A stretch of 64,000 bases of DNA, from the NCBI GenBank assembly GCA_965541585.1, contig CBEUCH010000012.1, forward strand, positions 49,021-113,020, read 5' to 3'. Numbering within the stretch: position 1 is the first letter of the stretch; each line of letters opens with the position of its first letter. Source of the DNA: an uncultured bacterium (GTDB taxonomy: Bacteria > Zixibacteria > MSB-5A5 > UBA10806). The notes beneath the pieces are model-generated. The model was not told the DNA's origin, did not search any database, and saw only the letters and a program-made list of their open reading frames with translations. Positions 10,795 through 22,000 of this stretch are shown here, in pieces. The position numbers and the translations under genes were made by a program.

Positions 10795-11913
10795 GTGGCA
10801 AAATACAAAATCGCATGGATGCCGGGCGACGGGGTCGGTAATGACGTTATGGAGGCTGCCCGGATCGTACTGGACAGGATCATCCTGGATGCCGAGTATA
10901 TCCCCGCCGATATTGGCTGGGAATTCTGGCGGACGGAGGCAAATCCGCTTCCCGACAGGACAATTGAAATACTGAAAAACACAGATTGCGCCCTGTTCGG
11001 CGCCATCACCTCCAAACCCAAGGAGGAAGCGGAAAACGAACTCGTCCCGGAACTCCAGGGGAAGGGTCACGTCTATTCGTCGCCCATCGTGGGTTTGAGA
11101 CAGCGATTGAATCTCAGGACGAACCTCAGACCCTGCAAAGCCTATCCCGGCAACCCGCTGAATTACAGGGACAATATTGATATCACCGTATTTCGCGAAA
11201 ACACCGAGGACCTGTACTCCGGCGTTGAGTTTTTCCCCCTACCGGATGAACTTCGCGCAACCTTAATGAAATATAATAAGAAAATGGCGCGATTCGACTG
11301 GTCTCCCGCCGAGAAAACCGCCCTCTCATGTCGCATTGTCACCGAGAAGGCCAGCGAGAACATCGTAAGGGCGGCTTTTGAATATGCCAAAAAGCATGAC
11401 AAAAGCTCGGTTACAGTAGTGGAGAAACCCAATGTCATCCGCGAGACTTCCGGGCTGATGGTTCGCACGGCACGTAAGGTGGCGAAGGAATTTCCTGAAA
11501 TTCCTCTCTGGGAAACCAATATCGATGCTATGTGCATGTGGCTGGTGAAAAATCCGCAGGACTACTCGATCCTGGTAACATCGAATATGTTTGGCGACAT
11601 CGTCTCCGATCTCTCGGCTCAACTTGTCGGTGGATTGGGATTCGCATGTTCCGGCAATATCGGCGATGATTACGCCGTCTTCGAACCGACTCATGGCTCG
11701 GCCCCGAAATATTCCGGCCAGTATAAGGTGAATCCCCTGGCGACACTCCTTACTGTCAAGTTGATGCTCGATTGGCTGGGTGAATTAGATAAGGCAACTG
11801 CTCTTGAAAACGCTATCGCTAGTGTGATAAAAGAGGGAAAGGTTCGCACCTACGATATGGGCGGTAAAAACACCACACTCGAGGTGGCGGAAGCTGTAGC
11901 GGCACGGCTTTAA
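10795..11913 (+). CDS. Isocitrate/isopropylmalate/homoisocitrate dehydrogenase family protein
   Basis: PGDGVG, NLRP, RENTEDLY, NMFGDIVSD, FEPTHGSAP; GTG start after GAGGAG. Substrate cannot be assigned by eye. Confidence 0.9.
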   Translation: MAKYKIAWMPGDGVGNDVMEAARIVLDRIILDAEYIPADIGWEFWRTEANPLPDRTIEILKNTDCALFGAITSKPKEEAENELVPELQGKGHVYSSPIVGLRQRLNLRTNLRPCKAYPGNPLNYRDNIDITVFRENTEDLYSGVEFFPLPDELRATLMKYNKKMARFDWSPAEKTALSCRIVTEKASENIVRAAFEYAKKHDKSSVTVVEKPNVIRETSGLMVRTARKVAKEFPEIPLWETNIDAMCMWLVKNPQDYSILVTSNMFGDIVSDLSAQLVGGLGFACSGNIGDDYAVFEPTHGSAPKYSGQYKVNPLATLLTVKLMLDWLGELDKATALENAIASVIKEGKVRTYDMGGKNTTLEVAEAVAARL

Positions 11914-11938
11914 GAAAACCGCTGAATAAAAACGTTTT

Positions 11939-11965
11939 GTAGGGGTCAGGTTACCTGACCCCTAC
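11939..11965. repeat. REP-like GTAG palindrome, family A copy 1
   Basis: GTAGGGGTCAGGT-T-ACCTGACCCCTAC, perfect 13-bp arms; identical copy at 15413, variant at 16637. Confidence 0.9.
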
Positions 11966-11999
11966 GGGATTACATTGCCATAAGGCGCCCGTGCTATTT

Positions 12000-12028
12000 G
12001 TAGAGACAGAACACTGTTCTGTCTCTAC
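12000..12028. repeat. REP-like GTAG palindrome, family B
   Basis: GTAGAGACAGAACA-C-TGTTCTGTCTCTAC, perfect 14-bp arms. Confidence 0.85.
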
Positions 12029-12063
12029 ATTAGCTTGATCGGGAATTCCATACGGATCCGTAG

Positions 12064-14283
<2,220 letters not shown>

Positions 14284-14326
14284 CAGATGATGAAATTGTA
14301 AACCATCTAAATCAGGGGGAATAATC

Positions 14327-15385
14327 ATGCCTGAAGGCAGAGACATAGACATACAATCTATTATGATGCCGATACTGGCGTTGGCTGCGGGGACGGCATT
14401 TTTCTATTACGCCAGCCCGATCCTGATACCTATCGTGGTGGCATCGGCTCTGACATATCTTTTATTACCGCTGGTCGATCAATTGAAGCGATTCAAACTG
14501 CCCCATACTTTAGCTGTAGTTATTGTAATGCTTATCGTACTCGCTGTTTTTGTTTTAATAGTGACCTTACTTATCGGGCAGATTGCGGATTTCGCTTCAG
14601 CCTTTCCCGATTATAAGGATAAGGTTGAAATGACCCTGAACAGCTGGAGGACTTCACTGGAGGGCTATCTCGGATACCTTCCGGGGGATCTCGGAAAACC
14701 GGAAGACCTCACACTTGATATCGGGCAGGTTCAGCAGGCCGGCAAATACTTCTTCAAGGGGTTGGGATCACTCACCAGTTTCACATTCGGGTCGCTTCTG
14801 ATGTTTTTCCTAACGCTCTTCATGCTTCTGGATTCGGAGATGTTTCAAAAGAAACTCAAATCCATTTTCGGCAGTGGGCAAACGGAGGCCACCGAGGGGA
14901 TCATGCACGAAATCAGCCGCCAGCTCAAGGGTTTCATACAGGTGAAATTCACAGTTGCCCTGGGGCTGGCGATCGTGGTCACTATCGGGCTTCTCTTGTT
15001 CAGGGTGAAATACGCATATATATGGGGGCCGCTGGTCGGTATCATGAATTTGATTCCGTTTATCGGTTCTATCTTGAGTGCCATACCGCCCATCATAGTG
15101 GCCGGCATTCAGTTTAATTCGGTCTGGTACATGTTCTGGGTGGCGATATTCTTCCTGATCGTCCAGTTTATCGAGAGCAACGTCATCACGCCGCGGCTGA
15201 CATCCGCCTCCGTCGACCTGAATACGCTGGCGGTGCTTTTAGCTGCCATGTACTGGGGCTGGCTCTGGGGATTTATAGGCATCATACTGGCGGTGCCGAT
15301 TACAGCGGCCATGAAGGTCGTCTGCGATCATGTGGAGCCCTTAAAGCCGATAGGCATCATGCTCGGAACCGGGCGAGGAGAGTAG
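14327..15385 (+). CDS. AI-2E family transporter
   Basis: Multi-TM; NLIPFIG, QFIESNVITP, WGFIGIILAVP motifs. Confidence 0.9.
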   Translation: MPEGRDIDIQSIMMPILALAAGTAFFYYASPILIPIVVASALTYLLLPLVDQLKRFKLPHTLAVVIVMLIVLAVFVLIVTLLIGQIADFASAFPDYKDKVEMTLNSWRTSLEGYLGYLPGDLGKPEDLTLDIGQVQQAGKYFFKGLGSLTSFTFGSLLMFFLTLFMLLDSEMFQKKLKSIFGSGQTEATEGIMHEISRQLKGFIQVKFTVALGLAIVVTIGLLLFRVKYAYIWGPLVGIMNLIPFIGSILSAIPPIIVAGIQFNSVWYMFWVAIFFLIVQFIESNVITPRLTSASVDLNTLAVLLAAMYWGWLWGFIGIILAVPITAAMKVVCDHVEPLKPIGIMLGTGRGE

Positions 15386-15412
15386 GCCCAATCATAATAT
15401 TAGAATCATTCC

Positions 15413-15439
15413 GTAGGGGTCAGGTTACCTGACCCCTAC
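15413..15439. repeat. REP-like GTAG palindrome, family A copy 2
   Basis: Identical to 11939-11965. Confidence 0.9.
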
Positions 15440-15551
15440 GATATCCCAAAAATATATTTCTACCGCGATGTCAGCCCCGCCTTTGGCGGGGTTTCCTGAC
15501 ATCATGCATAGACCGTCGGGAAGGGGTTCCCGACGGCGCAACAAAAATATA

Positions 15552-15652
15552 TTGACAGGACCGGCAATATACTCTTCATTTAGATATCCGCTGTAGGTTT
15601 CAAGCGGTGATATCCCACCCCCCGGGAATAGAAAAAAGGCGTAATGCCTTGC
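15552..15652 (+). promoter_or_regulatory. Duplicated promoter-like plus structured-leader module, copy 1 (candidate cis-regulatory RNA or operator)
   Basis: TTGACA-N17-TTCATT, hairpin, 29-nt core identical to 16733-16761, second hairpin AAGGC/GCCTT. Confidence 0.55.
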
Positions 15653-15704
15653 CTATACGAGTATGAGTTGCCGGAATCGAATTTAGAAACGAGAGGTGAA
15701 ACTG

Positions 15705-15932
15705 ATGGCAAACTTTGATGTTTTCGAAGACAAAGACTGCGGTAAGTGGAGAGTGACTCGTGAAGGGGCCGATGATCCCATCGATCTGGCAAAGACCCAA
15801 CGCGATGCCGAGCGGATAGCAAAACGGCTGGCAGCCAACACCGGCGGAGGCGAGGTGCGCATTCATAGCCAGGATGGCAAGGTCCGCAATAGAGAGAAAG
15901 TAGAGCCGGCCAGAGATCCGTCTGCACCATGA
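15705..15932 (+). CDS. DUF2188-family small protein
   Basis: W.V..EGA....TQ.DA...AK......GGEVRIH..DGKVR pattern; GAGG SD before ATG 15705. Confidence 0.75.
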   Translation: MANFDVFEDKDCGKWRVTREGADDPIDLAKTQRDAERIAKRLAANTGGGEVRIHSQDGKVRNREKVEPARDPSAP

Positions 15933-15984
15933 GAAAACAGAGAATAGTTAAAAGGGGATAAGCCGCATTGCCCTTCAGGCAAGG

Positions 15985-16031
15985 GTAGTCGGTCAGGTCA
16001 CGCCCTTACTGACTACGACCTGACCGAACGG
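15985..16031. repeat. REP-like hairpin, family F copy 1
   Basis: TCGGTCAGGTC...GACCTGACCGA; related TCAGGTCACG...ACTACGACCTGAC.GAACGG at 60894-60927. Confidence 0.7.
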
Positions 16032-16054
16032 TAAACTCAAAAAGGAGGATCGAG

Positions 16055-16549
16055 ATGAAGAAACAGCTTTTTCAATTATCCGCCATCTCTCTGGTTTTGA
16101 TGTTGTGCTTTACACTTGGTTGCCAGCAACAAAGCGATGTCATTGATGTCGAGGCTGATACCGCCGCCATTATCGAACTTATGAATAAGTTCACCGAGGC
16201 CGTGAACGACGGAGATCTGGAGCAATGGATTTCCCTGTGGACCGATGACGGTGTACGCATGGCCCCCGGCGCTCCGGCTACAGTTGGCAAAGAAAATATC
16301 AGGGAGGAAGTGAGAGACCGCTTCGAGTCATTCACAGTCGTAGAGACTATAAACACTGAAGAAGTGAAGGTGGCCGGGGATTGGGGTTTTGCTCGTGGCA
16401 CCTACACGTTTATAATGACACCGAAAACGGGAGGTGACTCGATTGAGGGAGTCGGGAAGTATCTCTCTATTCTGCAAAGACAGGCCGACGGCTCCTGGAA
16501 ATTCACCCGGGACTGTTTCAACAGCAACGAACCATCTGAACCTGAATAG
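16055..16549 (+). CDS. NTF2/SnoaL-like (DUF4440) lipoprotein
   Basis: Lipobox TLGC; GKYLSILQRQADGSWK motif; strong SD AAGGAGG. Confidence 0.8.
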   Translation: MKKQLFQLSAISLVLMLCFTLGCQQQSDVIDVEADTAAIIELMNKFTEAVNDGDLEQWISLWTDDGVRMAPGAPATVGKENIREEVRDRFESFTVVETINTEEVKVAGDWGFARGTYTFIMTPKTGGDSIEGVGKYLSILQRQADGSWKFTRDCFNSNEPSEPE

Positions 16550-16565
16550 AAAGGCGATACGCGTT

Positions 16566-16623
16566 CTGGATTCCCGATCAGGTCCTACGGCCCGTAGGGA
16601 TCTGTAGGATCGGGAATGACAAT
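16566..16623. repeat. ATTCCCG...CGGGAATGACA palindrome, family E, with 27-nt insert in the loop
   Basis: Equals 19035-19065 except for TCCTAC...GTAGGA inserted at 16583-16609. Confidence 0.8.
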
Positions 16624-16636
16624 GTAATATAATCCC

Positions 16637-16663
16637 GTAAGGGTCAGGTAACCTGACCCCTAC
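16637..16663. repeat. REP-like palindrome, family A copy 3
   Basis: GTAAGGGTCAGGT-A-ACCTGACCCCTAC. Confidence 0.85.
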
Positions 16664-16680
16664 AATATCCCAAAAATATA

Positions 16681-16781
16681 TTGACAACCCGGCCCACATT
16701 CTTTTCATTGCCATAACCGCCTTACGTTCTGGGCGGTGATATCCCACCCCCCGGGAATAGAGGAGAGGCACGATGCCTTGA
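16681..16781 (+). promoter_or_regulatory. Duplicated promoter-like plus structured-leader module, copy 2
   Basis: TTGACA-N17-TTCATT, ACCGCC/GGCGGT hairpin, identical 29-nt core, AGGCA/TGCCT hairpin. Confidence 0.55.
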
Positions 16782-16853
16782 GTGATAATATTATAATACC
16801 GCTGGGGTGGAGCGGAACGTGAAGCGGCGGAGAAAAGAATTGGATAACAAATT

Positions 16854-18239
16854 ATGAGTTCGCGCATACTGTTGGTTAATTTCGGCGATGTTGAACAGCA
16901 AAGATTGGCCAAGCTTAATCTGGATGTAGATTTGGGGATTTTAAGTGATGCATGGGGCGAACCCATTAATAATAGTTCTGGTAATATTATTTCAAATCAA
17001 ACTGCCAGTTACTATTTCCCGTATTCAGTATATGAATATAAGGTAGTATTTGTCAAACTTACAAAACATCCTCCATTCAGAGATAGATCTGAGGATGAGT
17101 TAAGTCTCATAGATGAGAAACAAATAATCACATGTTTCAGATATTGGCATAAATTAAATGGAATATTAGTGATTTTTATTGATGACGGCAGTCATGTAGA
17201 TTTGAATCTACTTGGTTTCCCATATGCACATTTAGGGTCATTATCGGGAGTTGACAGAACTATCAACTCATATAAGAAAGTAGAAGGTAAAGAACCTCAA
17301 AGAACGTTCAAGGAATTAGTATCTTCTGTAAAAATACCGCCATATAGTCGCATAATTGTGCCTAACACAGAATCGGAATATAATGTATCGAGGCGTTGGA
17401 GAATATTTACTCCTTATGTAAATAATAATCGCGATAAATTGGGTATATACCTTGACTGGGGATTGAGTTTTGAAGCAGCTGAAAAACCTCAATTATTTAT
17501 ACTCCCTGCTTATAAGGACTATGGCCTCGCTATTGAGAAATTTATTAAGTCGCTAGCAAGAATTCACCCGCGCCAATTACCGGAAGTAATCGCTAGCGAT
17601 TGGACAAATAATGACAGTTATTTCCCAAAAGCGGTTAGTGATGTTGAAGCAAAGAAAAAAGATACCTACGCCAAATTCAAAAGTCAGTTAGCCCTTCTTG
17701 AAAAAGAGAAAGAAGAATTGAAGAACAATTACAGTTATATCATTGAACTTTTACTGGCATCTGGGGACGAATTAAAAGAAGCTGTTATAAGGGTCCTCAA
17801 TGAAATATTTAAGCTAAAAGCTATTGACTTAGATGAAAATAAGAAAAGTGATTTTCGCGAAGACATATCTATTGAGGACGAAGAAACTGGTAATATTATG
17901 TTTGCAGAAGTCAAGGGGACGAGGAACCAGAATCCGACTTTCGCCTATATCCTCCAGCTTGAAAAAAACTTGCGGAGGAGAGGCAATAAAGATCTAGTCG
18001 GAGCTCTTATACTTAACTATGATTTAACCAAAGAGCCTCAGTCAAGGCCAGAGGCCTATACCAGTAAAGACGAACAGGAGGCCATAAAGGATATTATTTT
18101 TATAGACACAAGAGTTCTGTTTTATCTCGCTTTAGCGATCATCGATCATGATATGAGAACCAAAGAAGCCAAAGAGATTTTGTTAAAAAAAGGTCGTGTT
18201 GTATTTAATCTTAAGCAATATCTAAAGAATAGACAATAG
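16854..18239 (+). CDS. AT-rich hypothetical protein with coiled coil and C-terminal PD-(D/E)xK nuclease-like domain
   Basis: 461-aa ORF, visibly AT-rich; GDELKEAV...REDISI...FAEVKG...QL pattern. Confidence 0.6.
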   Translation: MSSRILLVNFGDVEQQRLAKLNLDVDLGILSDAWGEPINNSSGNIISNQTASYYFPYSVYEYKVVFVKLTKHPPFRDRSEDELSLIDEKQIITCFRYWHKLNGILVIFIDDGSHVDLNLLGFPYAHLGSLSGVDRTINSYKKVEGKEPQRTFKELVSSVKIPPYSRIIVPNTESEYNVSRRWRIFTPYVNNNRDKLGIYLDWGLSFEAAEKPQLFILPAYKDYGLAIEKFIKSLARIHPRQLPEVIASDWTNNDSYFPKAVSDVEAKKKDTYAKFKSQLALLEKEKEELKNNYSYIIELLLASGDELKEAVIRVLNEIFKLKAIDLDENKKSDFREDISIEDEETGNIMFAEVKGTRNQNPTFAYILQLEKNLRRRGNKDLVGALILNYDLTKEPQSRPEAYTSKDEQEAIKDIIFIDTRVLFYLALAIIDHDMRTKEAKEILLKKGRVVFNLKQYLKNRQ

Positions 18240-18308
18240 CATTGTTTCTTTATTGATATCTTGATTTCCGCGCTTTCTATGCCATATGTGTTCCAGCCTC
18301 ATCCCGAT

Positions 18309-18680
18309 CTATACGCGCTTCGCCTCCTCGAAGAGCTTTATGGTCTCATCCTTCATGAGAAGCCAGATGGTGTAAATCCCCAGCGCCGTCCCGAAGGGGA
18401 AGTTGAGCAGCTCTAAAAACCCGAGTATCAGAACCATTATCCTGGCCCAGGATTTCATATACAGAAGGCCGATACCGCCTATGATCCCGGGCACGGAAAA
18501 CAGAGACAGCATGAGTGCGATGGAGGTGGCGGCGATGGCCGTGAGGGCAATGGCATCGGAATCACCGGAAATAAGCCCGCCGGCGATGATCACCATGAAA
18601 AGAAGCATGGCCACCAGAACCCCGATGACACTAAATACGATATGCAGCCAGGCCAGTATAGTAACGTGTTTTTGCATCAT
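18309..18680 (-). CDS. Small integral membrane protein
   Basis: About four hydrophobic segments; FPFGTALGIYTIW; GGGAG SD. Confidence 0.75.
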   Translation of the reverse strand: MMQKHVTILAWLHIVFSVIGVLVAMLLFMVIIAGGLISGDSDAIALTAIAATSIALMLSLFSVPGIIGGIGLLYMKSWARIMVLILGFLELLNFPFGTALGIYTIWLLMKDETIKLFEEAKRV

Positions 18681-18769
18681 TCACTCCCATAGAATAGATT
18701 CACTACCCTTTTAAGATACGGAATTAAGCCGCAGTGTTTCAAGTATTTTTCGTCCCTCAGCGTCTCGGG

Positions 18770-19065
18770 GTGTGGCAATCCCAAACTGGTTTGGGATTGG
18801 AACTGTTCAGACACCCCCAAACAAGTTTGATGGTGCCACCCGTCGTCCCTTAGGACGCATCTCCGGGTGGCATGCTCTGGTCGAAGACCTGAGCATGTTT
18901 GTTTGGCCATTCTACATGCTTACCCTTCGGGAAAGCATGCCACCCAATGTCTTTTGTAGGTCGGTAATTTATTGCTGACGACCCAGCCGCGGCCATTAAA
19001 ATGGCCGCCTACATTCCCCGCCTCACTCCACCACCTGGATTCCCGATCAGGTCGGGAATGACAAT
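18770..19065. repeat. Dense cluster of palindromic repeats (family C inverted, GGGTGGCATGC doublet, GTAG..CTAC element, family E)
   Basis: 18770-18842 family C; 18865-18945 GGGTGGCATGC...GCATGCCACCC; 18956-19012 GTAGG...CCTAC; 19035-19065 CTGGATTCCCGATCAGGTCGGGAATGACAAT. Confidence 0.85.
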
Positions 19066-19069
19066 AGGG

Positions 19070-22000
19070 CTACCCCACCACCTCCACGCGTTCCGCCACC
19101 ACGGTCAAACCGCTGATCTCGTTCTGCACCGTCCCTGTGATATCGAGTATCGGCTTTCTGAATATCCGCTCGCCCACCCTCTGGTAGACGTTGGGAAACA
19201 GAGTCACCTCGAACATATCGAACTCATCCTCCATGGTCAGGAAAACCATATTCCTGCCGTTGCTGGTCTTGATCCGCTTGCGGTCGGCCACCAGCCCGAC
19301 GATTTTCACCTTCTTGTTCTCCAGCTTTGGCAAATCAACACTCTTTATGTGGCCGTTTAATGATCCCAGTCTCTGTATCGGGTGACAGGTAACCGCCATC
19401 TCCAGTATCTCCGTCTCGGCCTTCAACCGTTGATCAATATCGAAATCGGGCAGGTCGGGGCAAAAGGAAAGCTCCGGCTCCGGTATCGTGAGGTTATCGA
19501 GCATGGGATTGCCGCCCGTCTGTTTCAGCCTTTTTTCGCCGTATATCTTATGCAGCCAGAGAAGCCCGGGCCGGGTCCGGGCTAGGCAATCGAGCGCCCC
19601 GCATTTGATGAGGCTCTCCGCCTCGTCGGTGGACGGTCTGGCCCGCTTTAAAAAATCAAACAGATCCGAAAATCTTTTATTCTTTCGCGCGTCTATTATT
19701 GTTTCGATAGTATTCGTTGATAGATTCTTAACGAATGCCAATCCGATATAAAGATCGTTGCCATCAACAAAGCAAACATCGGACGGACGGTCTATCGTTG
19801 GCGGCTTTAGAGTAGCTCCCCATCGGCGGGCTTCCTCGGCGTAAACCAGGGGACGATAATACCCGGCGAAATTGCTCAGCATAGCGGCCATATACTCTAT
19901 GGGGTGATAGGCTTTCAGGTAGGCCCCGCAATAGGAAAGCACTGCATAGGTAGCGGCGTGTGCCTTGCAGAATCCATACCCGGCGAATTGCGCGATCATC
20001 TCGAATACCTCGGTGGCAATCTTTTTACGAACGCCGCGCCGCGCTGATTGTTTAATAAAATTCTGCCTCATCACTGCGAAATCGCGCTGCGCCCGATCTT
20101 TCGTTATGGCTCGCCTCAATAGATCCGCCTGCCCGGGCGTGAATCCCGCCATGGCCTCGGCTACCTTGAGAACCTGTTCCTGGTAGATGACATTGCCTAA
20201 TGTCTCCTTCAAGACAGGTTCCAGCAGCGGATGGGGATACTCCACCGGCAACCTCCCGAAAAGCCTCTCTAAGAATACCTTCTTCATTCCCGATTCGGAG
20301 GCCCCCGGCCTGATCAGCGATAATGCCAGCGTGATATCGTTTATGCATTTCGGTTTCATAGCGATCAGGAGCGCCCGCAACCCCGGCGACTCGATCTGGA
20401 ATACGCCCACCGTTTTGCCTTTTTGCAAAAGATCGATAGCTTTCGGATCGCGATCGGGAATCGTTGCCGGCCTGCTGCCGGTTTTAGTCTCGATCAGATC
20501 CTTTGCCTCCTCGATAGTGGAGAGGCCGCGCTGCCCCAGAAGGTCGATCTTTACCAGGCCGAGATCATCGATCGAATACATATCATATTGGGTGATGGCA
20601 ATCCCCCCATACGGGCCTAACGGCTTGGCCGACATCTGAAGCGGCGTCCAGTCGAGCAGCTTCCCGGGTGCGATAACGATACCGCCGGCATGTATCCCGA
20701 GGTGGCGCGGGTAACCCTCTATCTTCTGCGCCATCTCGATTATCGACCTGTACGGTTCCTTTTCAACGGGCAGATGATGGCACTCGGGGTTGGTTCGCAT
20801 ATATTTAGCCAGGTTATCGACCTGGCCTCCCCAGGGGAGCCGCTTGGTGAAATCGGATATCTCATCGCCGGACAGCCCGAATGCCTTCGCCACCTCCCGG
20901 ATCGCACCCCTGAGAGCGAACCTGTTGGTGGTGGCGATCATTGCTACTCTGTCACGGCCGTATTTTTCATAGACAAATTCCAATACGTCATCGCGACTTT
21001 TCCAGCAGAGATCGAGATCGATATCCGGCGGATCGGTACGGCCCTCGTTGAGGAATCGTTGGAAATACAGGTCGTGCTCGATGGGGCAGACCTCGGTTAT
21101 GCCGAGACAGTATGATACAATCGATGATGCCGCCGAGCCGCGTCCGACACAGGGGATCTTGTTTCGTTTGCAGAAATCGATAATATCGCGGACGATTAAG
21201 AAATAATCTATAAATCCACTGCGCTCTATTACGTTGAGTTCGTATTCCAGCCGCGAGATCGCCTCGCCGGTTAATTTTCGATACCGTTCCTGAAGTCCGG
21301 CGAAGGCCAGTTCATAGAGGAGGCGGCCGTTAGTTTTGTCGGTTTCATTGTCGTAGGTTGGGAAATTCAACCGTCCCACGGGCAGTTCGACATTGCATTT
21401 CTCGGCGATCTCCAGGGTTGCCGCGATAGATTCCGGGAATTCGGAGAATAGTCTTGCGGAATCCTTTTTCCCGCGGAAATAAGCTTGTGGGTTTTCGATT
21501 TTATCATCGCCTAATTGATCTACCGGCACGATCTCACCAATCGCCCGCAAGACACGATGAGTCGGATAATCCTCCTGATCGACGAATGCTACCGGATTGG
21601 CCGCTACCGGTGTTACTCGAAACTTCTCCGCTTCCCGCATCGTCTTTTGCAAACGTATGCGGCCTCGCAGATCGCCGAAATTAACCAGCCCGAGATAGAG
21701 ATCATCCGAGAATATCTCCTTTAATATGTCGAGACAGCCCGTTTCAAAGGCTACTGCTACCAGCCCGCCATAATGAAGTGCTATATCCTCGATGGACGGT
21801 AACCTTTCATGCAGCTTCTCGATTGTCGACAGGCGGCAGAGATTCCCATATCCCCTGAAATCTCTGGTGAGAAACATCAGCCTTCCCGCCTCGGTCTCCA
21901 TTTCCAGACCGATGACCGGTTTTATATTGTATTCCCGTGCTTTGCAGTAGAATTCGATCATCCCGTAAAGCCCTCCGAGATCCGCTATCCCGACCGCTCC

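Noticed and set aside
15604..15632. Resemblance of the module core to a tRNA 3' end, to the lambda operator half-site GGCGGTGATA, or to the IPTL-encoding DNA
   Set aside because: No GTTCRA T-loop, no phage genes nearby, and it does not encode IPTL; the similarities are short and low-complexity.
16328..16966. 212-aa minus-strand ORF
   Set aside because: Overlaps two better-supported plus-strand genes and REP elements; no recognisable motifs.
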